Shown here: one piece after another, positions 38,381 through 48,721 of the stretch
How positions within the stretch are numbered: the stretch's first letter is position 1
Layout: every line of letters starts with the position of its first letter
Assembly (NCBI GenBank): GCA_028717685.1
Contig: JAQUNI010000001.1
Span: 54,306 to 118,305 of the forward strand
Origin: Patescibacteria group bacterium
GTDB lineage: Bacteria; Patescibacteriota; JAQUNI01
Length of the DNA: 64,000 nucleotides
Direction: 5' to 3'
Notes under the pieces: model-generated
Told to the model about the DNA's origin: nothing
The model's database searches: none
What the model saw: only the letters and a program-made list of their open reading frames with translations
Made by a program: the position numbers and the translations under genes

Positions 38381-39151
38381 TTATAAAATCTTTAATAACT
38401 GCTCATGAATTTTCGTGCCATTACTCGCCAAAAAGATACTATTTTTATCATTCTTTTCCTGCCTCCCTTTAAAATCGGTGATTAAAGCCCCTGCCTCTTG
38501 AGCAATTAATTTACCCGCAATATAATCGTAAATTTCATTGTCATTATTGATAATCGCCTCAATTTTCCCAGAAGCTAAGAGACAAAAATCCAAGGCGGGC
38601 GACCAATTAGTTAAGACTCTTTTCACTTTTACTGCGTTTAGTTTTCTGGTAAGATTATCGGCGTATTCTCTGGAATTAACATCATTACAAGTATAAACAA
38701 CACTAACTCTTTTGATGTCCGCTTCTTGATTAACTCGCAGTTTTTTATTTTCCAAAAAGGCGCCTTTTCCTTTTTCGGCGCGATAGGTCTGATTTAAGAT
38801 GGGGCTGTGAATCACCGCGGAGATCACCTCATTATTTTTCAATAAAGCGATGCAAACCGAAAAATTGGGAATACCTAAAACAAAATTATTGGAGCCATCC
38901 ATAGGATCAACAACGAAGGTGTAATCTGATTTTTTATCTATTATTCCTTTCTCTTCGGAAAAAATATTGTAATGAGGAAATTCCAGGGAGAGAATCTTTA
39001 AGATTACAGCTTCGGATTCCAAATCCGCCTCTGTACGAAAATCAGAAACAGTGGATTTCTCTTGCAGCTCCATCGTCTTGCCAAAATATTTTTTGAGAAT
39101 TCGGCCGCCATTTTCTGCGGCTTGGATTATTTTTTTTAAGCTAGAATCCAT
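38381..39151 (-). CDS. inositol monophosphatase family protein
   Basis: 256 aa with FVVDPMDGSNNF metal-binding motif of the IMPase/SuhB family. Confidence 0.8.
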   Translation of the reverse strand: MDSSLKKIIQAAENGGRILKKYFGKTMELQEKSTVSDFRTEADLESEAVILKILSLEFPHYNIFSEEKGIIDKKSDYTFVVDPMDGSNNFVLGIPNFSVCIALLKNNEVISAVIHSPILNQTYRAEKGKGAFLENKKLRVNQEADIKRVSVVYTCNDVNSREYADNLTRKLNAVKVKRVLTNWSPALDFCLLASGKIEAIINNDNEIYDYIAGKLIAQEAGALITDFKGRQEKNDKNSIFLASNGTKIHEQLLKIL

Positions 39152-39234
39152 ATATCCCTATTTTACCAAAAAATCCTGCTTGCGGATAAAAAAACAGAAT
39201 TATATTCATTTTAAAAAAATAGTTAGCCCTACCT

Positions 39235-40245
39235 TTAAGTTTTACTAGACAGAATACTGTGCTTGTAGAGTTCCAAATTCTCTAGGGCTATGCCCGTGCC
39301 GCGAACCACGCAGAGAAGGGGATCTTCGGCAACATAAGAAGGCACGCCGATTGCTTTGCTCACGAGTTTATCCATATTGCGTAAAAGGGCGCTTCCACCG
39401 GATAAAACCATCCCCCGATCAATCACGTCCGCGGAAAGCTCGGGCGGTGTTTTTTGAAGCACGGATTTAATCACGTTGATAATCTCTCGCAAAGGATCTT
39501 GAATCGCTTCGGTCACTTCATTAGAGGTGATTTCAATGCTGCGCGGCAATCCCCCGACAATGTCGCGACCGCGAATCTCCGTCTTTTTATTTTCCGAAAG
39601 AGGCAAAGCGCTTCCGAGCTTGATTTTTACCGCTTCCGCCGTGGCGTCGCCAATCGCTAAATTATGCTTCGCACGCACATAATCTGTAATCGCTTGATCA
39701 AATTTATTGCCAGCCACGCGCGCAGAATTGGAGGTTACCACCCCTCCCAAAGAAATAATCCCCACCTCGGTCGTCCCGCCGCCGATGTCAATAATCATAT
39801 TCCCCACGGATTGACCGATTGGAATCCCCGCTCCAATTGCCGCCGCCACAGGTTGCTTGATTAAATAAACCGCTTTGGCGCCCGCGTTCATCGTAGCGTC
39901 CACCACCGCTCTCCTCTCTGTGGAAGTAATCCCCACAGGCACAGAGACCATCACTTCCGGACGAAATAACCTGACCCCGCCAGTCGCTTTGTTAATAAAA
40001 TAACGCAGCATCGTTTCGGTAATCCGATAATCCGCAATCACCCCGTCGCGCATTGGCTGGGAAGCTTTGATGTTTTCGTGGGTGCGGCCAAGCATTTGCT
40101 TCGCTTCCAACCCCACCGCTAAAATTTTATTGTCATCTAAAGAAACCGCCACTACTGTCGGTTCGTTAATCACCATTCCCCTCTTCGGCACGCAGACTAG
40201 GGTATTCGCGGTGCCGAGATCAATACCAATGCGTTTTGTGAACAT
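39235..40245 (-). CDS. MreB-like actin homolog (second paralog, stand-alone)
   Basis: 336 aa, IGIDLGTANTLVCV and DIGGGTTE; about 60 percent identity by eye to the operon-encoded MreB. Confidence 0.85.
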   Translation of the reverse strand: MFTKRIGIDLGTANTLVCVPKRGMVINEPTVVAVSLDDNKILAVGLEAKQMLGRTHENIKASQPMRDGVIADYRITETMLRYFINKATGGVRLFRPEVMVSVPVGITSTERRAVVDATMNAGAKAVYLIKQPVAAAIGAGIPIGQSVGNMIIDIGGGTTEVGIISLGGVVTSNSARVAGNKFDQAITDYVRAKHNLAIGDATAEAVKIKLGSALPLSENKKTEIRGRDIVGGLPRSIEITSNEVTEAIQDPLREIINVIKSVLQKTPPELSADVIDRGMVLSGGSALLRNMDKLVSKAIGVPSYVAEDPLLCVVRGTGIALENLELYKHSILSSKT

Positions 40246-40746
40246 AATGAAAACTTAAAACGAAAAGCGTAAAACGCAAAACTACAATGCAAAACTTAAA
40301 ACTTTTTTTATCTTACTTGACGCCTTGATTATAGCATAGCGGAAATTGACGAGTCAAAGGAACGAATCTAGCAGTTGGAATTAAGAATCAAGAATTAAGG
40401 GATTGTTATATTTGTTTCATTGTTGCATTGTTGCATTGTTGAATTCGTAAATATCTTTTCGACCGTCATTGCGAGGCTATTTCCATAGAATCTTAGAAGC
40501 TACATTATCAACCCCCCTACCCCCTTGCCAGGGGGGTCAATTTTTTCCCCTTAGAAAATGAAGGGTGGGGGCTGGAAAAATTTTCTCCCCTGATAAGGGG
40601 AGAAGCAAGAGGGGTTGTAAAATGTAAATCAAAAAAGACAAGATTTTTTTTCTTGCCTTTTCTGTTGTAACCTCTTGATAATCTAATTTTTTAAAAATAG
40701 AACTTTAAGCCCCTCACTTGGTGGCATGGGGGAGAATTCAGAGAGA

Positions 40747-42021
40747 TTATTTTACTCTTTTTATTTCCGCTCCTAAAGACTTTAATTTTCCTTCTATATT
40801 TTCATATCCCCGATCAATCTCCTCCGCCCGTTCAATGATTGATCGTCCGGAGGCGGCGAGAGCGGCGAGAACCAAGGTCGCGCCAGCGCGCAAATCAAGG
40901 CTCGTAATCTTACGACCGCGAAGTTTGGTCGGACCAAAAATTTTGGCGCGGTGGGCGTCCAGAATCTCCACTCTCGCGCCCATCTTTTTAAGTTCCCCTA
41001 AATATTGCAACCTGCCTTCGTACATTGGATCGTGAACCATACTCTCGCCTTTAGCTTGAGTCAAAAGCACGGCAAAGGGCGCCTGCAAATCTGTAGGAAA
41101 ACCGGGATAGGGCAAGGTTTGGATTTTCAGAGCATTAAAACGGGGCGAGGGTAAAGTCTGCACATAATCCTTGCCCACGACAAAATGAGCGCCTGTTTCT
41201 TCTAACTTCTTCAAAAAAATCTTCAAATGTCCCGGATCCAAATTCTTTACTTTCACTGCGCCACCCGTGATTAAACCCGCGATAATCAATGTTCCCGCTT
41301 CAATCATATCGGGTATAATTTTGTGCCGAACGCCATGCAAAGTCTTGACGCCTTCAATCACAATCGTGTGCGTCCCCGCCCCATGAATCTTGGCTCCCGC
41401 TTGCCTTAAAAAACGCGCCAGATCTTGGACATGGGGCTCCGAGGCGGCAAGCTTAATCACGGTTCTACCCTTGGCCGTCACAGCCGCCATAATTAAATTC
41501 TCAGTTGCCGTCACGCTAAATTCTTCTAAAACCACTTCCGTTCCTCTCAATGCTTTCGTTTCCAAAACATAACAATCTTTCTCATGACGGATTTTCACCC
41601 CTAAGGATTGCAGAGCGTCCAAATGCGTATCTATAGGTCTTGCGCCAATATGACAACCACCAGGGTGAGGAATTTTTACTCTTCCAAAACGCGCGAGGAG
41701 TGACCCCACTAAAAGAATAGAGGAGCGCATCTCCCGCACTTCGGGAAAATTTAAGCCTCGAGATTTGACCGCCATCGCGTTCAATCGCACGCGATGGCTT
41801 CTCAGGTCACTTGCGACCTCTATATTCAGCCGCTCTAAGATTCGCTTCATCTTTTCCACATCCAAAATATTAGGGACATTTTCCAAAACCGTGCTACCCT
41901 GAACAAGTAGGCTTGCTGCCAAAATGGGAGTAGCTGCATTCTTTGCGCCTTGCACAGTAACCTCACCATTTAATTTTTTTCCACCTTGGATAATAAATTT
42001 TGCCATAAATGACTTTGACAA
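40747..42021 (-). CDS. murA: UDP-N-acetylglucosamine 1-carboxyvinyltransferase
   Basis: 424 aa, N-terminal KFIIQGGKKLNGEVTVQGAKNA, EPSP-synthase-like fold. Confidence 0.9.
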   Translation of the reverse strand: MSKSFMAKFIIQGGKKLNGEVTVQGAKNAATPILAASLLVQGSTVLENVPNILDVEKMKRILERLNIEVASDLRSHRVRLNAMAVKSRGLNFPEVREMRSSILLVGSLLARFGRVKIPHPGGCHIGARPIDTHLDALQSLGVKIRHEKDCYVLETKALRGTEVVLEEFSVTATENLIMAAVTAKGRTVIKLAASEPHVQDLARFLRQAGAKIHGAGTHTIVIEGVKTLHGVRHKIIPDMIEAGTLIIAGLITGGAVKVKNLDPGHLKIFLKKLEETGAHFVVGKDYVQTLPSPRFNALKIQTLPYPGFPTDLQAPFAVLLTQAKGESMVHDPMYEGRLQYLGELKKMGARVEILDAHRAKIFGPTKLRGRKITSLDLRAGATLVLAALAASGRSIIERAEEIDRGYENIEGKLKSLGAEIKRVK

Positions 42022-42146
42022 TTGGTTCTTAATATGCTAAGTTAAATGCCGCCTTATTTTCCCTTGTTCAATGGCTGGCTGGATTATAATATGGTTAAAT
42101 TCTCAAGAACAAACACTAAAACAGTTAAATAACAAACAATTGATTT

Positions 42147-43505
42147 ATGCCCTATCTTTTCCGCCGCTTTCTTCTATTTCTAATCATCTTCATCTTTCTC
42201 TTGGCTGCCCCTTTAGTCTGTTTTTACGCTCGAGGGTATCGTTTTGATTTCCAAACTTTAGAATTCACGAAAACCGGCACCATCAGCATTAAAACTATTC
42301 CGCGCGGCGCTAGTATTTATCTGAATAATAAACTCTATCAAAACTTAAGCCCGACAAAAATTGATGGCTTAAAACCCAAAGACTACACCCTGAAAGTCAC
42401 CAAACCCGGATACCAAGACTGGCAAGCGACCTTGACCGTAAAGCCCGAACTGGTAACCTCGGCAACACACATTATCCTCTTCCCAGAAAAAATCGAAGAA
42501 GAAGTATTGACAGCCGGCCAAATCAATAATTTTAATTTAAGCCCAGACCAAAAAAAAATTATTTATAATATCGCGCAGGGCGAGGATAAAGGTCTCTGGA
42601 TCTTTGATCTGGACAAAAAACAAAATCTCAAAATTTCTGACATTTATTTTGATGAATTTGATTGGTCAGAGGATAGTCAGAAAGCGATTTTAACAAGAGA
42701 AGAAAAAAGCCAAAAAAGATACGGCATTTTGAATCTGAAGGCAAATGATGCGCCAGATTATTCATTTAAAATTCAAGATTTAGGAAGTGTCTTCCAAAAA
42801 CCAATTGAAGAGGTGCATTGGCAAGCGGGTAATAATCAGAGGCTATTTCTTTTAAGCCAAGGTGATCTTTATGAAGTGAACTTTATAAAACTTGAAATTA
42901 CCTTGCTCCAAAAAAACATTAAAGCCTACGCGCCCAATGCTTACGGCCTTTTCTGGATTCAAGAAGATCAAAGAAATTATTCCCTCGTTGCTCAAGATTA
43001 CCGTCTTCTGAATCGCACCCAAATGATTGCTTCTTTGCCGGCGCGAGAAGAATATAAGATTATCCCGGGCGCAAAAAAAATTGCCGTTCTCGCGGATAAT
43101 GATCTTTTCTTAATCCAAGACGAATCAACCTTGCAAATTGCGTCTAACGTAATAGACGCAATTTGGTCGCCAGACGGACAAAGATTGCTCTATTTTAACG
43201 AGCATCAATTAGGGAATTATTACTTAAAAGATGAAGAGAATATAATCTTAACGCGAGATAGCAGAATTCTAAAAAATGTCGGCTGGTGGCCGCGATCACA
43301 ATATATAACCTTCACTGCGGAAGGAAAATTAAAATTTCTTGACGCAGCGCCAGAGATGAATACCCACTATATTACCGAGATAAAAAACACCCGCATCCCT
43401 GACACCAGAATTTACTGGAATAAAGATACAAAAGGAATCTTTATGCTTTCCCAAAATAGTCAAGAAGAAAGGGAAATTATGGAGATGAGATTAATAGAAG
43501 AATAG
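42147..43505 (+). CDS. PEGA domain-containing membrane-anchored protein
   Basis: 452 aa, N-terminal TM, PEGA-like domain (IKTIPRGASIYLNN...KPGYQDW), then a beta-rich region. Confidence 0.5.
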   Translation: MPYLFRRFLLFLIIFIFLLAAPLVCFYARGYRFDFQTLEFTKTGTISIKTIPRGASIYLNNKLYQNLSPTKIDGLKPKDYTLKVTKPGYQDWQATLTVKPELVTSATHIILFPEKIEEEVLTAGQINNFNLSPDQKKIIYNIAQGEDKGLWIFDLDKKQNLKISDIYFDEFDWSEDSQKAILTREEKSQKRYGILNLKANDAPDYSFKIQDLGSVFQKPIEEVHWQAGNNQRLFLLSQGDLYEVNFIKLEITLLQKNIKAYAPNAYGLFWIQEDQRNYSLVAQDYRLLNRTQMIASLPAREEYKIIPGAKKIAVLADNDLFLIQDESTLQIASNVIDAIWSPDGQRLLYFNEHQLGNYYLKDEENIILTRDSRILKNVGWWPRSQYITFTAEGKLKFLDAAPEMNTHYITEIKNTRIPDTRIYWNKDTKGIFMLSQNSQEEREIMEMRLIEE

Positions 43506-43531
43506 AATCTTAAGGGCGGCTTCGCCATTTA

Positions 43532-43559
43532 GGGTGTCGCTCGCAAGCGACACCTTTTT
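43532..43559 (+). terminator. intrinsic terminator after the PEGA protein gene
   Basis: ggtgtcgct-cgca-agcgacacc stem-loop followed by TTTTT. Confidence 0.7.
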
Positions 43560-43661
43560 AACAAATTAACAAAAAATTCAGGTTTAAGTTTACCCCCACA
43601 CCAATACATTGATGGTGGGGGCACACCAAAATCTTTGGTGAAGGATTTGGCGCCGCATACT

Positions 43662-44189
43662 TTACCTCTTGGAAAACTGCGGCGCGCGCCGGGCTCCTTT
43701 GAGCCCGTATTTTTTTCTCTCTTTTTTACGCGGATCGCGCTTTAGGAAACCGGCTCGTTTTAGCCTTTTCCGGAAATTGGGCTCAAAAAGGAATAAAGCT
43801 CGCGCAATCCCATGGCGCACTGCTTCGGATTGGCCCTTGACCCCGCCACCCTTGACCTTCACTTCCAAGTCAAAACCCTCCGGACGACCGACACAATTCT
43901 GGGCTTCGCATACTATTTTTTGCAAGCGGGATTCTAAAAAATATTTTGGGTAATCTTTATTATTGACTGTGATCTGACCCTTTCCGACCCTTAATTTGAC
44001 ACACGCAACCGCCTCTTTTCGCCTCCCCACAGCATAAAAATAACGCCCCTTGCGCGATCCCTTGCCCTTGGATACCTTCAGGTCCACTTCCTTCTCCGCT
44101 ATTTGCGCGGGAGTCTCTTTTTTCGATTTAGATCCGGGTTTGACCTTCACCTTTTTGGAAATACTTTTCGTTTTTTTTGAACTCTGCAT
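43662..44189 (-). CDS. rpsI: 30S ribosomal protein S9 with Lys-rich N-terminal extension
   Basis: 175 aa; C-terminal 130 aa is canonical uS9 ending ...RRAPQFSKR; about 45 extra basic residues at the N-terminus. Confidence 0.9.
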   Translation of the reverse strand: MQSSKKTKSISKKVKVKPGSKSKKETPAQIAEKEVDLKVSKGKGSRKGRYFYAVGRRKEAVACVKLRVGKGQITVNNKDYPKYFLESRLQKIVCEAQNCVGRPEGFDLEVKVKGGGVKGQSEAVRHGIARALFLFEPNFRKRLKRAGFLKRDPRKKERKKYGLKGARRAPQFSKR

Positions 44190-44265
44190 AAATTAATTGT
44201 TCTTTTGAAAACTTAGAAGATAAAAATTTTTTAAGAAATAATAAACCCTTACCACAAACTAAAGC

Positions 44266-44697
44266 TTAAAACGACCTCTGATGTTCTGATAACGAGGTAA
44301 ACTTATTTTGATAAGGATGTTTCTGAGCCGTAAAAATTTTTAACCGTCTTAACATTGTCTTCCTTAATTTATTATCGGGCAGCATTCCCCTCACTGCTCT
44401 TCTTAATACGAGAGACGGATCGCGACCAAAGGCCTTTTTAAATGTTTCCGTCTTTAAACCGCCAGGATAGCCGCTATGACGATAATATTTCTTTTGCTCG
44501 ACCTTTTTGCCTGTGACCCTTATTTGACGCGCGTTAATCACTACCACCCAATCCCCCCGATCTTCATAGAGAACAAATTGGGGCTTGTTTTTCCCCCTTA
44601 AAAGAATAGCAGTCTCACCTGCCAAACGTCCCAGCACTTTATTTTTGGCATCAAGGAGATGCCACTCTCTTTCAATTTCTCTCCCTTTGACTTTCAT
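44266..44697 (-). CDS. rplM: 50S ribosomal protein L13
   Basis: 143 aa; upstream of rpsI as in the conserved rplM-rpsI operon. Confidence 0.9.
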   Translation of the reverse strand: MKVKGREIEREWHLLDAKNKVLGRLAGETAILLRGKNKPQFVLYEDRGDWVVVINARQIRVTGKKVEQKKYYRHSGYPGGLKTETFKKAFGRDPSLVLRRAVRGMLPDNKLRKTMLRRLKIFTAQKHPYQNKFTSLSEHQRSF

Positions 44698-44825
44698 AGA
44701 GATAATATCTAATTTCTAATATTAAATACAATAGCTAATAATTAAAGCTTTTGTAACTTATAGCCTATAACTTGTGACTCAAGCCTTGTATTACAAGTTT
44801 CAAGTTATAAATTATAAAAATTATT

Positions 44826-45176
44826 TTACACTAATTCTATCTTCACCATTTTTGCACTGTCGCCAGCACGAGAGGAAAGTCTGATTATTCTGGTATAACC
44901 GCCAGGGCGCGTTTTATATTTCGGCCCTAGGACTTTAAAAACTTTTCCAGTCGCTTCTTTGGTCAAAAAGCGCAAAACATAACGCCGGTTCGCCAAACTT
45001 TCCGATTCTTTTCCCCGGGTCACCAATCTCTCCGCTAAAGGCCGCACCGCTTGCGCTCTGGCAGCTGTGGTCACAATTTGGTTATGCAAAATCAAAGCAT
45101 TAGCCAACTGCCTAAGCAAAGCCTTTCTTTCATCGGGAGTTCTTTTTAATTTATTTCCCTTCTTTAAATGACGCAT
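44826..45176 (-). CDS. rplQ: 50S ribosomal protein L17
   Basis: 116 aa; downstream of rpoA as in the conserved alpha operon. Confidence 0.9.
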   Translation of the reverse strand: MRHLKKGNKLKRTPDERKALLRQLANALILHNQIVTTAARAQAVRPLAERLVTRGKESESLANRRYVLRFLTKEATGKVFKVLGPKYKTRPGGYTRIIRLSSRAGDSAKMVKIELV

Positions 45177-45303
45177 AATAAAATCTTTTTACCCCACACC
45201 TTTGTAAGAAGAGTACCCCGCGAGCCTAGGCTAACGGGTATGAATAGATATCAGTGAAATCCTTGCCTTCCGAGGTTTAATACTTCACGAGAAAGTGCGG
45301 GAT

Positions 45304-46281
45304 TTATTTTTTTTGCTGCAATAAAATTCCTTTCCGACCTAGAATTCTTTTTATCTCTTTTCTCGCCGAATCACCAATGCCGGGGATTTTGCCCAACTTC
45401 TCTTCAGTCATTTTAGCTAAATCTTTCACCTTGGTAACTCTTTTCTTCTTGAGAGCGTTCAACGTCCGCTTAGATAACCTTAGTTCCTCCAAAGACAAAT
45501 CTTCTAAAATGGCGGCGCTTGCCAAAACCGCTTTCTCTCTCTTATCCCCTACGTTCCGTCTCGGAGTCTTTTTAATCATCTCCTTGACTTTAGCCAGTTT
45601 TAACCCTGCCAGACAAGAAAAATGATTCACTAAAATCTTTGCCGCTTCTTCCAAGGCGTCTTTAGGGCTCACTGTACCATCCGTCTCCAAGTCTATATTC
45701 AACTTATCAAAATTCGTCATTTCTCCCACCCGAATATTCTCAATCTTGTAGGATACATTCTTAATAGGAGTAAAAATCGCATCAACGGCAATTTCACCAA
45801 TTTCGCGCTTCTCTTCCTCCCTTTGTTCCACTGGTTTGTACCCCCTCCCTTGACTCACTGTAATTTCCATCTCCAGTTCAGCTTTCTTATCCGTCAAGGT
45901 CGCAATGCGCAAATCGGGATTAGCGATCTCCACATCGCTCCCCGTTTTTATATCACGCGCCTTCACTTCCTTTTCACCCTTAACATTTAAAGTAATCTTG
46001 ACTGGTTCTCTTTTATACACTTTGAACCTCAACTGCTTCAAATTTAAAATGATATCCACCATATCTTCTTTCACAAAAGGCAAAGCGGAAAATTCATGAT
46101 CCACCCCCTTAATCTTTACCGCGGTTACCGCCCCTCCAGGCAAAGAGGAAAGCAATACCCTCCGCAGAGCATTGCCCAGGGTTAAACCGTATCCTGGAAA
46201 ACAGGGCTCAATTACTAAAGTCGCCCGATTCCCTTGGGATTTAATGATTTCCACTTTTTGCGGTAATTGAATTTCCTCCAT
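45304..46281 (-). CDS. rpoA: DNA-directed RNA polymerase subunit alpha
   Basis: 325 aa; N-terminal dimerisation domain and C-terminal HhH domain; sits between rpsD and rplQ. Confidence 0.92.
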   Translation of the reverse strand: MEEIQLPQKVEIIKSQGNRATLVIEPCFPGYGLTLGNALRRVLLSSLPGGAVTAVKIKGVDHEFSALPFVKEDMVDIILNLKQLRFKVYKREPVKITLNVKGEKEVKARDIKTGSDVEIANPDLRIATLTDKKAELEMEITVSQGRGYKPVEQREEEKREIGEIAVDAIFTPIKNVSYKIENIRVGEMTNFDKLNIDLETDGTVSPKDALEEAAKILVNHFSCLAGLKLAKVKEMIKKTPRRNVGDKREKAVLASAAILEDLSLEELRLSKRTLNALKKKRVTKVKDLAKMTEEKLGKIPGIGDSARKEIKRILGRKGILLQQKK

Positions 46282-46367
46282 ATTATTTGGTTCTAAAAGA
46301 CACTTCTTGAAGACTTAGGGTAAATTTTTATCTCTAAGCCTTGAAGCGCTTTTTATCTAAAATGTTA

Positions 46368-46994
46368 TTAACGCGAATAGTACTCCACAATCAACGCCAT
46401 ATCCACGGAATGATCGACATCTCTGCGACCTGGTTTTCTTAAAACTGTAATTACCTTAGTTTTAGGCTCTACAGAAAGCCACGTTACGGGTGCTTCCACA
46501 GGCAAATCAAGTTCTTTAAAATACTTATTATTTTGCGCCCTGGGAATTAAGGCAATCTTATCCTTCTCCTTCACCTCATAAGAGGGGATATTAACTTTTT
46601 TACCGTTGACTACAAAAAATTCATGATTCACTAATTGCCTCGCCTGCTGACGCGAACGAGCTAATTGCGCCCGATAAACGACATTGTCCAATCTGGATTC
46701 TAAAATTTGAAACAAAATATCGCCGGTAACTCCTTTTTTTTGACTTGCCACTTTATAATAGCGGCGGAATTGCCGTTCCAGAATACCATAAAGACGGCGC
46801 AGTTTCTGTTTCTCGCGCAAATGAAGACCATATTCGGATAGCCTGGCATTAAAGGCTTTAGGGCCTGTCCTGCCAGGAATATAATTTTTGCGCACCATCG
46901 CGCATTTAGGACTAAGACACCGCCCACCCTTTAAAAAAAGTCTTATTCCTTCACGGCGACAAAGGCGACATTTAGGACCTATTAATTTAGCCAT
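46368..46994 (-). CDS. rpsD: 30S ribosomal protein S4
   Basis: 208 aa, N-terminal zinc ribbon (CRLCRREG...C..C), S4 domain. Confidence 0.92.
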   Translation of the reverse strand: MAKLIGPKCRLCRREGIRLFLKGGRCLSPKCAMVRKNYIPGRTGPKAFNARLSEYGLHLREKQKLRRLYGILERQFRRYYKVASQKKGVTGDILFQILESRLDNVVYRAQLARSRQQARQLVNHEFFVVNGKKVNIPSYEVKEKDKIALIPRAQNNKYFKELDLPVEAPVTWLSVEPKTKVITVLRKPGRRDVDHSVDMALIVEYYSR

Positions 46995-47102
46995 AAATTC
47001 GGAATTAGGAATAGGGAATTATGAATCATGAATCAGAAATTAGGAAGCGAGGAAAAAAGCTGTTCATCTTTATTCCTGATTCCTGATTCCCACTTCCTTT
47101 AG

Positions 47103-47561
47103 TTATACTCTTCTTGCTTTGCGCGGCCGACAACCATTGTGAGGAATAGGCGTAACATCCTGAATAGATAGAATAGTTAAACCGTTGGCCGCAAGTGCTC
47201 TCACTGCCGATTCACGCCCCGACCCAATCCCGTTTAAGAAAACGTCCACCTTTTCTAAACCATAAATCTGTGATTTTTCGCAAGCGCTTTGAGCTACTTT
47301 AGAAGCGGCATAAGGCGTGGATTTCTTTGCTCCCCTGAATCCCAAGCGTCCAGCAGAACCTTGGGCAATCACATTACCATGCAAATCGGTCAAACTAATA
47401 ATAGTATTATTATAAGTAGCATAAATGTGTGCTTGACCTTGCGGCACGTATTTCCGAATTTTCTTGCGTTTTCCCTCGGGTTTCGCCTCGCCCGTTTTGG
47501 CTTTCTGCTCTGTATCGTAATCCGCATTAGATTCAATTGTTTTAATCTTCTTTTTGCCCAT
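47103..47561 (-). CDS. rpsK: 30S ribosomal protein S11 with basic N-terminal extension
   Basis: 152 aa; canonical uS11 core (HIYATYNNTIISLTD) preceded by about 25 extra Lys-rich residues. Confidence 0.9.
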   Translation of the reverse strand: MGKKKIKTIESNADYDTEQKAKTGEAKPEGKRKKIRKYVPQGQAHIYATYNNTIISLTDLHGNVIAQGSAGRLGFRGAKKSTPYAASKVAQSACEKSQIYGLEKVDVFLNGIGSGRESAVRALAANGLTILSIQDVTPIPHNGCRPRKARRV

Positions 47562-47640
47562 AATGTTGGAATTAGGAATTGTGAATCAGGAATTAGGAAA
47601 GAAGAAAAAAGGCTATTCATCTTTATTCCTTATTCAGATT

Positions 47641-48030
47641 TTATGTTTTTTCTGACGCCGACCTGCGACCGCTGCCTGCTGTTTTACGGACATTGCCCCG
47701 CACTGTCCGAGAGTTGGTGCGGGTACGTTGACCGCGGGCAGGAAGATTCTTCGCGTGCCGCGAGCCCCTATAACTTCCAATTTCTTTAAGACGTTTAATA
47801 TTGGTGGCGACTATCCTTCTTAAATCCCCTTCCACCTTATATTTTTTTTCAATAATATCCCGGAGCCTCCCTTCTTCTTCACTCGTCAGGAGAGACACAT
47901 GTTTATCGACATCCACCCGCGCCTCCACTAAAATTTTTCTAGCCAAAGATTGCCCTATGCCATAAATATAGGTTAAACCAATCTCTATTCTCTTATTGGG
48001 AGGTAAAATAACCCCTGCGATGCGAGCCAT
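47641..48030 (-). CDS. rpsM: 30S ribosomal protein S13
   Basis: 129 aa, [26 protein letters not shown]. Confidence 0.92.
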   Translation of the reverse strand: MARIAGVILPPNKRIEIGLTYIYGIGQSLARKILVEARVDVDKHVSLLTSEEEGRLRDIIEKKYKVEGDLRRIVATNIKRLKEIGSYRGSRHAKNLPARGQRTRTNSRTVRGNVRKTAGSGRRSASEKT

Positions 48031-48132
48031 AAAATTGGAATTGTGAATTATGAATTATGAATTATGAAATTTGACAGCACATTCTTAATTTTAGATTTTC
48101 GCGATTCGTAATTCGTAATTCTAGATTCGGTG

Positions 48133-48246
48133 TTAGCCTTGCCTTTGTTTATGTTTGGGATTTTCACAAATCACAAAAACCCGTCCCCTCCGCCGGACAA
48201 TTTTACATTTTTTGCAAATCTTTTTTACAGAAGGTCTGACTTTCAT
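48133..48246 (-). CDS. rpmJ: 50S ribosomal protein L36
   Basis: 37 aa, not in the ORF track (<60 aa): [37 protein letters not shown], with the C-x2-C...C-x4-H zinc ribbon; between infA and rpsM as expected. Confidence 0.88.
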   Translation of the reverse strand: MKVRPSVKKICKKCKIVRRRGRVFVICENPKHKQRQG

Positions 48247-48364
48247 AATCCAAAATTATTAACTCTTCGGCAAAGTTCAGGCCGTTCAGGTCGTTCAGAC
48301 TCCGAAGAGTCTTCAGACTCAAGGAGCTCTGAAAAGGTACTGAACAAAGTCGAAGCATTAAAGA

Positions 48365-48583
48365 CTATAATGATCGATAAACGATGCGGCCGAGGGAAAG
48401 ATCATAAGGACTTAATTCCACGCGAACCCTGTCACCCGGCATAATCCGAATCTTGTTCAGCCGCATTTTACCGGAGAGATGTGCTAAAATCTCATGGCCG
48501 TTTTCCAGTTTCACCTTAAAGGTCGTAGATGGCAAAACTTCGGAAACTTTCCCCTCCATTTCAATTACATCTTTTCTGGACAT
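48365..48583 (-). CDS. infA: translation initiation factor IF-1
   Basis: 72 aa from the internal Met ([13 protein letters not shown]...). The ORF-track version (to 48631) adds 16 N-terminal residues that are probably not translated. Confidence 0.9.
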   Translation of the reverse strand: MSRKDVIEMEGKVSEVLPSTTFKVKLENGHEILAHLSGKMRLNKIRIMPGDRVRVELSPYDLSLGRIVYRSL

Positions 48584-48721
48584 CCTGCCGGAAAACACAG
48601 GATTATTTTTAGTCTTCTTGAACTTAATCATAGGAAATAAAACCCCTTGAAAATCTTACTTAATGTAACATAAAATACTAAAAAAAACAAGGATTTCTGC
48701 TAAACCCGATTTACCCTGCGT

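Noticed and set aside
40330-40720. RNase P RNA, SRP RNA or tmRNA in the long murA-mreB intergenic gap
   Set aside because: None of the conserved cores (P4 GGAAAGUCCGG, SRP domain IV GGAA/AGCAG motifs, tmRNA tRNA-like end or tag ORF) were found by eye; kept only as an unclassified structured region.
11611-48132. CRISPR array suggested by the many short direct repeats in intergenic regions
   Set aside because: Repeat units are 6-7 nt, imperfect and immediately adjacent with no unique spacers of regular length; arms recur in inverted orientation; no cas genes present.
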